DNA of 64,000 nucleotides from an uncultured Spirochaetota bacterium (lineage in GTDB: Bacteria > Spirochaetota > Spirochaetia > SZUA-6 > CAVTHK01). How positions within the stretch are numbered: position 1 is the first letter of the stretch; every line of letters starts with the position of its first letter. The position numbers and the translations under genes were made by a program. Below, piece after piece: positions 20,153 to 31,978 of this stretch. The notes below the pieces were generated by a model that worked only from the letters and a program-made list of their open reading frames with translations, did not search any database and was not told where the DNA came from. Location: NCBI GenBank assembly GCA_963734495.1, contig CAVTHK010000013.1:384001-448000 (forward strand). Direction: 5' to 3'.

Positions 20153-21796
20153 CTACTTGCGCGCGTTGTACCGTTCCAGCGCCTTCTGCCGCAGCGCACA
20201 CCGCCTCGTCGACGTTGAGCTGCTTGAGCGTGGCCTGGTACTTGTCCCAGTTGGCCAGGGGCTCCTTGCCCGCGATGAACTTGGCCGTCATCTCGTCGAT
20301 GTAGGTGTTGAGCTGGCTCATCAGGCGTGCCGAAGCGCCTGCCCTCGTCGGGCGTCGGGGTTACCGGCGGCATGATCCGCTCCGTGAGACCCTGCGACCA
20401 GACCGCATGGGCGGCCCGCTGCTCGGGGAGGAAGATGCGCCCGTTGAACAGCGCGTCGTCAAAGACCAGCGGCGGCGAGCTCACCCCGCGCGACCACTGC
20501 CCGATGGCCTGGTCGATCGTCAGCGTCGGGTTCTTGGTGATCTTGTCGGTGAACGACGGGCTCGCCGTTGACCATCGTGTAGCTCTCGCCCTCGATGCCG
20601 AAGATCATCAGCCTGTGGCCCTCGGGGCTGTAGCCGTAGTCCAGGTACTTGACCGCTTCCTTGATGTGCTTGGCGGAGCTGCTGATCGCGGCCGAGGTGC
20701 CGGGAAAGTACATCACCCGCTGCAGCTCGGTGTCGTAGGGCTTGCCCGCCGGGCCGATCGGGAACGGAAGCCCGGTGATCGCGAAGCTCTTGTCCTTCTG
20801 CCGGGCGAGCTGTACGAGCCGGCCGAGGCCTCCGGAAAGCGCGTTGTGCCAGGCGCCGCCGATGCCGCTCACGACCTTCTGGTCGAACTGGTTGCCGGTC
20901 GTCGAGGCGAAGTCGGGGTCGAGCAGCTTCTCGTTGTACCACTTGTTCATCAGGGTGAGCCAGTCCAGGTACTCCTTCTCGGACGGCCCGAACTTGACCG
21001 TGTTGTCGATCCGGTAGAACCGGTCGCTGATCGCCGAAGGCCCCGGTAAACGGGATAGAGGCGCGGCAGGCCCTGGGAGATCAGCGGGATCTCGTCGTTC
21101 GGGTTGCCGTTGCCGTTCGGGTCCTTTGTCTTGAACGCGACCAGCATCTTGTACCAGTCGTCGAGCGTGGCCGGCGGCTGCGATCCCCAGCTTCGTGAGC
21201 CACGCCGTGTTGGCCTGCATGCCGTAGATGACGTGCCACCTGGGGCTCAGGCTGCAGGAAGGGGAAGCCGTAGAGCAGGCCGGTGTCGGTGAGCACCTGC
21301 CGCCGCGCCGTCGGGGTGTCGGTCAGGATCTTGGTGATGTTCGGCGCCCAGTTCGCGATCTGCTGGTTCAGCGGGATGATCACCTTGTCCTGGATCGCCT
21401 TTTCCGGCCCGCCCGGATAGTTCAGCCAGTTCCACTCGATGATGTCAGGGTACTGCCCCGAGGACACCATGAGGTTGAACTGCTCGTTCTGCTGCCCCAC
21501 CGGCGGATGCACGAACTTCATGTCGATGTTCGTGAGCTCGAGCATCTTCTTGTAGGCCGGGATGTCGGCGTAGCTGTTGATCGCCGCGCCGCCCTTGATC
21601 GGCTCGAAGGTGCAGAACGTCGTGAGCATGATGCGGTCCTTGACGATCGGCAGCGCGATCGGCTCCGGCGCGCCGGAAGCGGGCGCCGCGGTCATGGCCG
21701 GTCCCGGTCGCCCCTTTTTCGGGCGTTGGTCCCGCCCACGCAAGCATGCCGGCGACCAGCAGGCCGGCGCACGATGGAGAACAGTTTTCGAGACAT
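20153..21796 (-). CDS. extracellular solute-binding protein (LplA-like), paralog 2, frameshifted
   Basis: Closely similar to the upstream paralog; FKTKDPNGNGNPNDEIP motif; GAGGAGG RBS. Confidence 0.88.
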
Positions 21797-21902
21797 GGGG
21801 TCACCTCCTCGTGGACCTCGGCGACGTTCTCATCATTGCCGTGCGATGTCAACTCGACCAGGGGCCGCGAACGGGGCCCGCTCCCGCTGCGCATCGGGAG
21901 GT

Positions 21903-23547
21903 CTACTTGCGCTCGTTGTACCGGTCCAGCGCCTTCTGCCGCAGCGCGACCACCTCGTCGACGTTGAGCTGCTTGAGCGTGGCCTGGAACTTGTCCCAGT
22001 TGGCCAGCGGCTCCTTGCCCGTGATGAACTTGGCCGTCATCTCGTCGACGTAGGTGTTGAGCTGGCTCATCAGGCGAGCCGAAACGCCTGCCCTCGTCGG
22101 GCGTCGGCGTCACCGGCGGCATGATCCGGTCGGTCACGCCCTTGACCCATTCGGCCTGCGCCGCGTGCTGATCGGGCAGGAAGATGCGGTTGCGGAACAG
22201 GGCGGCGTCGAACACCAGCGGCGGGGAGCTGACCCCGCGCGACCACAGGCCGATGGCCTGGTCGATCGAAAGCGTCGGGTTCTTGGTGATCGCCTCGGTG
22301 AAGACCGGCTCTCCGTTGACCATCCGGTAGCTCTGGCCCTCGATGCCGAACACCATCAGCAGGTGCCCTTCGGGGCTGTAGCCGTAGTCGAGGTACTTGA
22401 CCGCCTCCTTGACGTGCTTCGAGGATGTGCTGATCGCCGCGGAGGTCCCCGGGAAGTACTGCAGCCGGGCCGCCTCGTTGTCATACGGCTTGCCGGCCGG
22501 TCCCACGGGGAACGGAAGCCCCTGGATCGAGAAGCCCGGGTCCTTCTGGCGCGCGAGCTGCTCGAGGCGGCCGAGCAGGCCCGAAAGCAGCCCGTTCCAG
22601 GATCCCGCCAGGTTGCCCGTGATCCTGGCATCCTGCTGATTGCCCGTGGTCGAAACGAAGTCGGGATCGATGAGCTTTTCCGTGTACCACTTGTTCATCG
22701 TGGTCAGGAAGTCGAGGAACTCCTTCTCGGCCGGCCCGAAGTGGACCGTGTTGTCGATCTTGTAGAACCCGTAGTTGATCCCCCAGGCGCCCGCGAACGG
22801 AACCAGGCGCGCCAGTCCCTGGGCCACAAAGGGCAGCTCGTCGTTCGGGTTGCCGTTCCCGTTGGGATCCTGCGTGCGGAAGGCCACGAGCATCTTGTAC
22901 CAGTCGTCGAGCGTGTTCGGCGGCGCGATGTTCAGCTTCGCGAGCCACGCCCGGTTCGCCTGGAAGCCGGTGATGATCCGCCACTGGTCCGCGAGCCGCA
23001 GGAACGGGAAGCCGTAGAGCAGGCCCGTGTCCGTGAGCACCTGCCGGCGCGCGGTAGGCGTCTCGGCGAGGATCTTCGTGATGTTGGGCGCCCAGCTCGC
23101 GATCTCCTTGTTCAGCGGGATGATCACCTTGTCCTGGATCGCCTTTTCCGGGCCGCCCGGGTAGGTGAGCCAGCTCCACTCGATGATGTCGGGGTACTGC
23201 CCCGACGACACCATGAGGTTGAACTGCTCGTTCTGCTGTCCCACGGGCGGGTGGATGAACTTCATCTCGATGTTCGTGAGCTCGAGCATCTTCTTGTAGG
23301 CCGGGATGTCCGCGTAGCTGTTGACGGCCGCCCCTCCCTTGATCGGCTCGAACGTGCAGAACGTCGTGAGTGTTATGCGGTCCTTGACGATCGGCAGTGT
23401 GATCGGCTCCGGCGCCCCTGCGGCCGAGGGAGCCGCGGTCATGGCGGGCCCGGGCGCCTGCTTCTCCGGCGTCGCACCGCCAAAAAGGAGCGTCCCCACG
23501 GTTGCGAACCCAAGGACCGCGACCAGCATTCTCGTGAGCTTGAGCAT
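21903..23547 (-). CDS. extracellular solute-binding protein (LplA-like), paralog 1, one frameshift near the C-terminus
   Basis: Signal peptide; EQFNLMVSSGQYPDII; FRTQDPNGNGNPNDELP. Confidence 0.9.
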
Positions 23548-23573
23548 AGGCATCCTCCTCCAGATACGCGATA

Positions 23574-23602
23574 AGTTTAGGCGTCCCTCCTGACCGGGTC
23601 AA
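23574..23602 (-). promoter_or_regulatory. sigma70-type promoter of the carbohydrate ABC operon
   Basis: TTGACC-N17-TAAACT on the minus strand; palindrome TGACC-G-GGTCA overlaps the -35 box. Confidence 0.6.
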
Positions 23603-23713
23603 ATCTGAACCGCAGGAGATGCCGGGCCTTCTGAAGTTAGTCTGAAGGCAGGCTCGCCGTCGCTCATGCCCACGGACGGCGGACCGCGCCCGGGTCGAGC
23701 GGGACTCGAGCGT

Positions 23714-24727
23714 TCAGCGGGGTCGCGGCCGGCTCTCGCGCCACCAGGCGACGCACTCCGCCACGGTCTGCTCGAGGCCGTACTGCGGCCGGAAACCCAG
23801 CACCTTGCGGATCCGGCTGTCGTCGAGCCTGTCGTCGGCTGCGGCGTACGCCACGGAGAAGCTGTTGTACGGGATGCGAACGCCTACCGACCGCAGGGCG
23901 TCGCCCACGACGCCGACGGTCCTGGCCACGGCTACGGGAACCCTGCGCGTTACCGGCGGCTCGCCGAGCGCGCGGCAGAAGGCGTTGACGTACTCCTCAA
24001 ACGTCGCGTGGAAGCTCGCAAAGTGGAAGGCCTCCCCGTCGACCCGGCCAATGTGCTCGAGCGCGAGGATGTGCGCCTGGGCAGCGTCCGCCGCGTGCGC
24101 CACCGGGAGCCGGTTGCTCCCGTCGCCGACGAGCACCATGCGCCGGCCGAGAATCGTCTCGATGAGAGTCGGGACGGACAGCAGCTCGCGGGGACCGATC
24201 ACCGTCGGCGGCCGCAGCGCGACGAAGCGGATCCCCCGCTGCCGGCACAGCTCCCGCGCGAGGTCCTCCTGCATTTTCTTGCTCTTCTGGTAGTGCCACA
24301 CCGGCCGCTTCGGCTCGAAGTCCTCGTCGATCGGCTGCTGGCTGCTGGGGAACCCGTACACCCCGTAGGTCGACGTCAGGACGAGCCTGGCGCCGGATGC
24401 CAGGCCTTCGACGAGGGCCTGGGTGGCCGTCACGTTGGAACGGTAGAAGTCCCGCCAGGGGGAGCTCATGTCGTAGAGCGCCGCCACGTGCATCACCATG
24501 TCCGCGCCGGACGCGGCGCGGCGGAGGCTGGCGAAGTCGAGCAGGTCTCCCTGCCTGACGTCCAGTCGCGCCGCGTCGAACCTGACGCCTTCGGCCTTCC
24601 GAGGGTCGCGGACGAGCAGCCGGACCGTGTCGATGCCGAGCCGCCGCGCCACGCCTTCGCGGCCGAGCGCCGACAGGATATACGACCCGAGAAAACCCGT
24701 GCCGCCCGTAAGCAGGAGCGTCCCCAT
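23714..24727 (-). CDS. NAD-dependent epimerase/dehydratase (extended SDR)
   Basis: TGGTGFLG, HVAA and YQKSK (YxxxK) motifs. Confidence 0.9.
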   Translation of the reverse strand: MGTLLLTGGTGFLGSYILSALGREGVARRLGIDTVRLLVRDPRKAEGVRFDAARLDVRQGDLLDFASLRRAASGADMVMHVAALYDMSSPWRDFYRSNVTATQALVEGLASGARLVLTSTYGVYGFPSSQQPIDEDFEPKRPVWHYQKSKKMQEDLARELCRQRGIRFVALRPPTVIGPRELLSVPTLIETILGRRMVLVGDGSNRLPVAHAADAAQAHILALEHIGRVDGEAFHFASFHATFEEYVNAFCRALGEPPVTRRVPVAVARTVGVVGDALRSVGVRIPYNSFSVAYAAADDRLDDSRIRKVLGFRPQYGLEQTVAECVAWWRESRPRPR

Positions 24728-24799
24728 AGTGCGCCTCAAGATACCCAGACCGCGCAGTCGGGGCGACCGCGACGCGAGCCGGCACGCAGGCGCGTCGCC

Positions 24800-25583
24800 C
24801 TACGCTGCGCCGGGGACATGCGGGAAGCTCGCGTCCAGCGGCGCGAGGGCGAGCTCCGCGAGGAACGTCGCGATGCGTCCGCAGGCCAGCTCGAGGTAGG
24901 CGCGGCCCTTTTCCGCCGAGGCCGCCCGCGGGTCTCCCGCCGCGCAGTGGTCGTTGAGCCGCGAAAAGCGGCGCGACGTCTGGACCCAGCCCCGGCGCAG
25001 CGCCTCGAAGCGGAAGGGCGCCGGCTCGCCCGGGCCGGCGTGCTCGAGCTCCACCAGGTCGGGGTGCAGACGCAAGGGCCACGGAGGTCTCCATCTCGCC
25101 CGCGTGGTCGTCGGGCTTGTCGAAGATCCGTCGATACTCGTCCGAGCCGACCGTCCACCAGTTGCACACGAACATGTGCATCGGGAGGTCGCACTGGAGC
25201 TGACGCAGCAGGGGCGTAAAGCTGTTGCCCCCGTGCCCGTTGACGATCACGAGCTTGCGGACTCCGTGGCGCAGCAGCGACTTCGCGACGTCCGTGACCA
25301 CCGCGTCGATCGCCGCCTGCGATACGTGGATCGCCAGCGGAAAGTCCAGCAGGTTGCAGTCGACCCCGAACGGGAGGGTGGGCAGGCAGACCACCCGGGG
25401 GCACTGCGCCCACGCCCGCGCCGTCGCCTCCCTCGCCACCCACGTCGTGTGCCTGACGTCCTGCCCGTAGGGCAGGTGCCGATTGTGCGGCTCCGTGGCC
25501 GCGGTCGGAAGCACGGCGACCTCGTACTGCCGGCCCTGCACGCGCCGGAGATTCGTCGCGGTCAGATCCCATTCCTCGATCAC
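24800..25583 (-). CDS. creatininase family amidohydrolase, frameshifted
   Basis: ATEPHNRHLPYGQD, IVNGHGGN and DHAGEMETS motifs. Confidence 0.9.
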
Positions 25584-25587
25584 GCCG

Positions 25588-26453
25588 TCACCTCCCATCG
25601 TCCGCAGTCATCGCGGAGCACAGCCGCTCCACGATCGCGCCGGCTCCGCGAGCGCCACCAGCTGGCTCGAGGGCCCGCCAGCGGTGCGGATGGCCCGCCG
25701 CGGTGTGGCACATGCGCGGGCCGATCGTGCCGTCGAGCCAGTCGTGCGCCGTAGAGCTTGACGCGCATCCCGCACTTGCGCCAGCAGCGGCAGCGCCCCC
25801 GCGAAGTCCCACAGCTTGAGCCGGCCGATGTAGCCTTCGTACCGCCCCAGACAGAGATAGCTCAGAGGAAGGACGGCGGTCCCGAGCGCCTGAACCTGGT
25901 TCGGGAGGTCCACCCTGCCCCACTTGGCCATCTCCTGCGTGATCGCGATGATGCCGTGCTCGTCGAGCGCGTCGCCGCCGCGGGCGAGGTCGGTGATGTC
26001 CGCCGCGTCGGACGGCGAGGCGCCGCCGCCTCCGCGCCCGTAGTAGACGCGATCGCCTTCGCTCACGAAGAGCTCATCGGTCGCGGGCAGCAGGATCGCC
26101 CCCTGCTCGAGGCGGCCGCTGCGCGCCAGACCGACGGAGATGCCCCAGGTCGGTATGTGGTGCGAGTAGGGCGCGGTGCCGTCGATCGGGTCGACGACCC
26201 ACGCGCGGGCCGCGAGCGCCGCCTGCAGGTAGCTTTCGTCCTTCGAGGCTACCGTCTCTTCGCCGATGAGCCACGACCCTTGCGAAGGGTGGTCGAGCTC
26301 GGCGGCCAGAAGACCTTCGATCTGACGATCCGCCTCCGTGACGACGCTGCGGTCGTCCTTGACGCTGACGCGCGGCCTCTCGTAGTGGGCCAGCGCGATG
26401 CGCCCGCATTCCGCGAGCAGCGCGGCGACGGCCGGGCGCGACCAGTCGTGCAT
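25588..26453 (-). CDS. inositol monophosphatase family protein, frameshifted near the C-terminus
   Basis: VTEAD, IGEE, WVVDPIDGT and KLWDFAG motifs. Confidence 0.9.
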
Positions 26454-26571
26454 CGGCCCCTCCTGCGGCGAGTTTAGTGACTTCGACCGCGGACGCCAAC
26501 CCTGTGCCTGCCCGCGGCGACCTTTGACACGCCCGCTCGCCGCGGCGTAGGGTGTGCCGCGGAGGGGGCCG

Positions 26572-27632
26572 ATGCTGACGAAACGCAGGATGCGGACGGC
26601 GGCCGCGTGCGCGGCGTTCGTCGCCGTTGCAGCGATGACGGCTGCGGAGCCGCCCGAGCAGAGCCACGACGCTCGCGGTGAGGGGCGCGTACTACTTTGG
26701 CTACGAGGAAGGCTGGGGCGTGCACGACGGTTTCGCGCCCGTCTCCTACGACATCGTGCGCAAGGAGGAGCTGACGCACGTCGCCGGCGATCCCGGCCGC
26801 GACCTCGGCTACAGCTGGGGCAACGCGGGCCTCGGGGTCGCGCTCGCGCATTCGCTCCGGTGGCCCTTTCTCGCCGGCAGCGGGCCGCTCCTCGAGGGCA
26901 ACAACCTCAAGCTCGACGCTGACGCGGCGAGCTCTCACCCGTGAGCCTCATCGCTTCCGCGGAAGCGGTGCTGACCCCGGCGGCCGTCGCGGAGATCGCG
27001 GCGGGCGCCAGCGCGGGGACGGGCTGGAGCATCGGGATCGGCAACGGGCTCGGCCGCAACCTTCCGGGCGTCGAGCACGACAAGATCCTGGAGGAGCCCT
27101 TCTCGGGGCTCGTCCTCTCCGGCTGGCTCTCCGCGCACGCTGCAGTTCGATTTCGCGGCGATCTGGCCGGGGGACTGGCATCACGTGGTCGTGGCCGCCG
27201 GCCCGAAGCTCGAGTACTGGGACTTTACCGGGGCAGGCAAGGACGAGGCGTGGCAGTGGGAGGCCGACCTCGGCGACAACTTCAACGGGTGGCGCTTCTC
27301 GACGCAGACCTTTGTCGGCTACCGCATGCCGCGGCGCGTCGAGATGGTCGGCGTGCTCGTGAGCACGGTCACGAACCTCTTCTGGAACGCGAAGCGTTCG
27401 CCCATGGACGAGCCCGGGGGCTGGGGATCGGACTTCGTCACGGTCACGATCGCGCCGCTGGTCAACGTCACGCTCTCGGACAACGCGCCCGCCTCACGGC
27501 GCTGCTGCAGCTCCGGACCGAGCGCGACTACACCGACGCCACCATCGGCAACCGCTACTTCGAGTACCGGGACTACGACGGCTGGTTCATCTACCTGAGG
27601 CTGGTCGGCCGCTAGTCACCTGGCGGCTGTAG
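26572..27632 (+). CDS. hypothetical secreted/outer-membrane protein, frameshifted
   Basis: Signal peptide, aromatic-rich amphipathic strands, probable C-terminus VTWRL*. Confidence 0.55.
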
Positions 27633-27729
27633 GCGGGGGGCACCGCGGCCGCTGGACGCCGGCCGCGCGCGCCTCCGCCTCGAATGCGCCGCGACGGGCC
27701 CCCGAAGCGCCAAGTCATAGGAGGTGGCA

Positions 27730-28230
27730 ATGAGAACGGCTGAGGTAAAGAGGCTCACGCGTGAGGCATTCCGGCCCTTCGGCGACTTTGCGGCGCTCAT
27801 CGGCCCCCAGGGCGAGCGCATCGGCGAGCCGCCGGTGGAGTTCTACCGGGACATGCTGCCGCTGCGGCTCGGCGTCGAGCACGATCGCGTCGATCTCCGT
27901 CTGCCGGGTCGGCAACGCGGCCGTCCGTGATCGACGTCACGGAGTTCCACGACCAGACGGAAGAAGGGATCCTGCCCCTCGACGGCGACGTGCTCATCCA
28001 CGTGGCCGCCGCGACCGCGGACGACAAGCCGCCGATCGACCGGATGGAGGTGTTCCGCGTGCCTCGGGGGACCTTCGTCGCGCTGCGGCGCGGCGTCTGG
28101 CATCACGCGCCGTTCGCCGTCGATAAGGACGTGGTCAACGTGCTGATCGTGCTGCCGGAGCGCACCTACATGGTCGACTGCACGGTCCGCAAGCTCGGCA
28201 GCGGCGCAGCAGGTCAAGTTCTCGGCGTAG
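27730..28230 (+). CDS. ureidoglycolate lyase-like cupin protein, frameshifted
   Basis: LTREAFRPFG…EFHDQTEE…GVWHHAPF motifs; AGGAGG RBS. Confidence 0.8.
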
Positions 28231-29433
28231 CAACGCGTCTGCGCCGCGGCCGCGCGGGCCGTGGCAGCGGCGATCGCCGACCCGAGCCAGCAGGAGCGCT
28301 CCCCCGGCGAGCGAGCGTGACGCCCGGCCTCGTGGTGTACTGGATCCCGGCCCACCCGAGCAGCGGGCCGACCGCCCCGCCGAGGTCCCAGGCGCTGGCG
28401 TACCGCGCGTACGAGCGCGGCCCGCGCAGGCCGGCGGCGACCTGCAGCGCGAGACCGCAGGCGGCCGTGCTCACGAAGAACAGCACCACCAGCGGGATGA
28501 CGGCAGGCGAAGCCCCGAGGCCGGCGGCGGCGAGGAGCGCGACCGCGCCCAGCAGAAAGGCGGCCGCTGCGGCCGCGCGGTGGCCCACGCCGTCGATCAG
28601 GCGTCCGAGCAGGGGCGAGCCGGCGCTGTCGATCGACGTAGCGGAGAGAGATGAGAAGGGCGTTGACGCGTCGCCATCCCCACGACCAGCCCCGCCGACC
28701 GTCAGCGCTCGCCCCGAAGCTCGCCTTGAGCAGGTAGCCGACCGTGGACATGATGAGGCCCGTGCCGACGCAGGTGGCGAGAAAGCCCTGCGCGAGCAGG
28801 GGCAGGTCGCCACGCCCGCGTGCCCTGGCCGCTCGCGCCGGCTCGGCGCCGGCCCGCCGCTGCGCCCCGGCCGTGGCCCCGCGGGCGCCGAAGGGCACGG
28901 CCGTCGCGGAGACCAGGCGCGAGGAGGAAGTACGCCCGGAAGTGGCCGAGGGTGTCGTAGAGGAACCCTCCCGCGAGCGTGCCCGCGATGAATCCGAGCT
29001 GCACGATCCCGTTGAAGATCCCGAGGATGCGGCCCGCCTTCCCGCTCTCCGCCGTGCTCGACCGAGAGGGTGATCCCGGTGTGCCTGATGAACGACCAGC
29101 ACAGGCCCCAGAGCATCCGCGCGGCCAGGAAGGGCCAGAAGCGGGGCCGGGTGGCGTAGAACGCGGCGAGCAGCGCGCCGAGCGCGCAGCGCGCCCGCGA
29201 GCGGCAGCGCCGGGCGCGTCCGCTCCAGGGTCCGGCGCGCCAGGTGATTGGTGAGCAGCCGGACCCACCGGTTCACGGACAGCAGCAGGCCGACCTCGAA
29301 CGGCATCAGCCCGAGGGCCTCGAAATGGACCGGCAGCACGGCGTACGTCGTCATGTCGCCCATGAGGGAGAGGGCGGTGGCGGACGCCGAGCAGGACGAC
29401 TGCCGGGTGGGTTGCGCGGGATGAGCGCTGCAT
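28214..29433 (-). CDS. MFS transporter, frameshifted
   Basis: SLMGDMTTYAVLP…VGLLLSVNRWVRL…DLGGAVGPLLG. Confidence 0.8.
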
Positions 29434-29595
29434 GACCAGGGCTCGGCCTCCGGCGCTCACCATATCACGGGACCGTGCGCCGCATCGCCTTCGCATTTGG
29501 CCGCCGGCGGCGGCGCTGGTATTATTCCTTAGTCAGAGGATGACAAATGGAAGGTACCCTCGCGGACTCCCCGACCCCACCCGCGAAGGGCGCGT

Positions 29596-30614
29596 GTGCG
29601 CTTCGGCCGGCGCGGCTGCACCGTGGCGCTGCTCGGCGCGGCAGCGCTGGCGCTCGCCGCGGGCAGCGCGCTCGCGTTCGGCGAGAGGGCGCGCGCCGCG
29701 GCCGCCGACTCGCGGATGCTGCGCGCTGCCGCGGAGCTCTCGTACTCGTACTACCGCGTCCGCCTGCCGCTGGCGCCGCAGCTCTGGACGCGGCCGCTCG
29801 CCGGCCGGCCGCGCGTCGGGCTGCAGGTCGGCCACTGGCGCATGGATGAGCTGCCGGACGAGCTTTACCGCCTGCGCGGACAACACCGGCACCGCCTGGG
29901 GCTCCTACCGCGAAGTCGACGTGAACCTCGCGGTGGCCACGCGCGCCGCGGAAATCCTTCGCTCCAAGGGAGTCGACGTCGACCTTCTCCCGGGAACCGT
30001 CCCGCCCGACTACCTCGCCGACGCCGTGGTTGCGATCCACGCCGACGGCGCGTGGAGGCCCGGCGCCAGGGGGTAGAAGGTCACCACCGCGTGGCGGGCC
30101 TCCGAAGCCTCGCGCCGCCTCGAGCTCGCGATCGTCGGCCGAGTATCCCCGCGCCACGGGCCTGCCCGAGGACAAGGTCGGCATCACGTACGGGATGAAG
30201 GGCTACTACGCCTTCAGCCGGCAGCGGTTCCGGCACGCAGTCTCGCCGTTCACGCCTGCGGTCATCATCGAGACCGGCTTCCTCACCGACGCCGCGGACC
30301 GCAGCGTGCTCGTCGATCGGACGGCCGACGTGGCGCAGGGCATCGCTTCGGGCGTGCTGGACTTCCTCTCGGGCTACGCCTCGCTCGACTGGAAGAGCCT
30401 GGTGCCCCGCTACTATCCGCTGCAGCAGGTGGGACAGGCCGTGACCGAGGTGTACGCCTTTCCCGGCTCCGACGCCCCGGTCCGGGACGTGTTGAATCCG
30501 GGCACGCCGGTCTTCCCGGTGAGCAGGCAGGGGGACTGGGTGGAGATCATCGTCCGCGGCAATTTCCGCAGCTTCGGCTGGGTCAGGGAGTCGCAGCTCG
30601 CGCCGCTGACGTAG
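29596..30614 (+). CDS. N-acetylmuramoyl-L-alanine amidase (Amidase_3) with a C-terminal SH3-like domain, disrupted
   Basis: LQVGH, REVDVNL, AIHADG and IIETGFLT motifs; frameshifts and one in-frame TAG near 30074. Confidence 0.8.
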
Positions 30615-30660
30615 CACGGTCCCTTGCCACGGCGGCCGCGCTCCCCATACGATCGCCTGC

Positions 30661-31946
30661 ATGGCCGACACCCGGCTCGACTACGAGCGGGAGATCGAAG
30701 CCCACCGCCGGTGGAACTTCACCATCAACGTGGGCGACCTCTCCTTTTACAACCTGGCGCTGGCCCTGCTTTTCCCGTCGACCATCCTGCCGCTGTACGC
30801 GAGCCACCTCACGAGCTCCGCGGTGCTCATCGGCCTCATCCCGGCGATCCACGACGTCTCGATCTTTCTCCCCCAGATCCTGATGGCGCGCCACGCGGAG
30901 ACGCTCGCCCGCAAGAAGCCCTTTGTCGTGCGCGCCAGCGCCATGGAGCGGCTGCCCTACCTCGCGATCGGCCTGGCGATCCTGTTGTGGCCCGAGGCCC
31001 CCGCGTGGCTCGCCTACCTCGTCCTGGCCGCGGGCATCGGGACCGCGCGCACCTGGGCGGGGATCGCGAGCCCGGGCTGGCGGGGCATGCTGGCCAAGAT
31101 CATCCACCCCGACCGCAGGGGCACGCTGTTCGGGACCGGCTACGCCTTTGGCGGCATCCTCGGCATCGGCGGCGCGTATGCGGGCCGCGCGATCCTCGCG
31201 CGGACTGCCCTACCCGGTCTCCTTCGGCCTGTGCTTCATGCTGGCGTTCGCGGCTCAGGCGCTTTCGTGGACGTGCCTCACGCTGAACCGCGAGCCGGCA
31301 CGCGAGCCGGAGCGGGTCCCGCCGCCTTTTGCCGCCTACCTCCGCGAGCTGCCCGCGCTCCTGCGCGCCATGCCGAGCTTTAAACGCTTCCTCGCGAGCC
31401 AGGCGCTGGCGATCCTCGGAAGCCTCGCCGCGAGCTTCTACGTGATCTACGGCCGGCGCAGCGCTCGGCCTCACCGACGCGGCGGCCGCTCTGCTCACGA
31501 TCGCCGCCCTGGCGAGCCAGTCGATCGGCACGCCGGTCATGGGCCGGCTCTCGGACCGCCTCGGCCACAAATGGATGAACGGCCTCGCCATGCGTCCTGG
31601 GCGCCGGGGCGGCGGCGCGTCATGCTCGCGGCCCGCTCGCCCGCCTGGCTCGTCGCCCGCGTTCGTCCTCCTGAACCTCAGCCAGTCCGGCCTGCGCATC
31701 TCGCAGATGAGCCTCGCGATGGAGATCGGCGGCGCGGAGCGGGCGCCGACCTTCAGCGCGGTGATGAGCACTCTGCTTGCGTTCCCGACGCTGCTCGCGC
31801 CGCTGGCCGGCGGCTGGGCGGTGGATTCCATCGGCTTCAAGCCGGCGTTCTGCGCGGGCCTCGCGCTCTACGCGGCCGGGCTCGCCGTGCTCGCGCTCGG
31901 CGTGACCGACCCGCGCGTCGCCGCGGCCCGCGGCCGGCGGGCGTGA
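30661..31946 (+). CDS. MFS transporter, frameshifted
   Basis: Hydrophobic 12-TM pattern; RRGTLFG and MGRLSDRLGHK motifs. Confidence 0.85.
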
Positions 31947-31978
31947 CCTGGGGCGGGCACTCGGAGCAGGAGGCAGAG

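Noticed and set aside
21445-23553. Apparent 702-aa fusion of the two binding proteins
   Set aside because: Frameshift artefact; each paralog has its own RBS, start and stop.
23714-24727. NAD-dependent epimerase as the ceramide reductase partner of the bCerS-like gene
   Set aside because: It is 7 kb away in a different operon and shows only generic extended-SDR motifs.
30074-30076. In-frame TAG in the amidase gene as possible pyrrolysine or readthrough
   Set aside because: The gene also has frameshifts, there are no pyl genes in the window, and a one-base error from TGG or TAC explains it.
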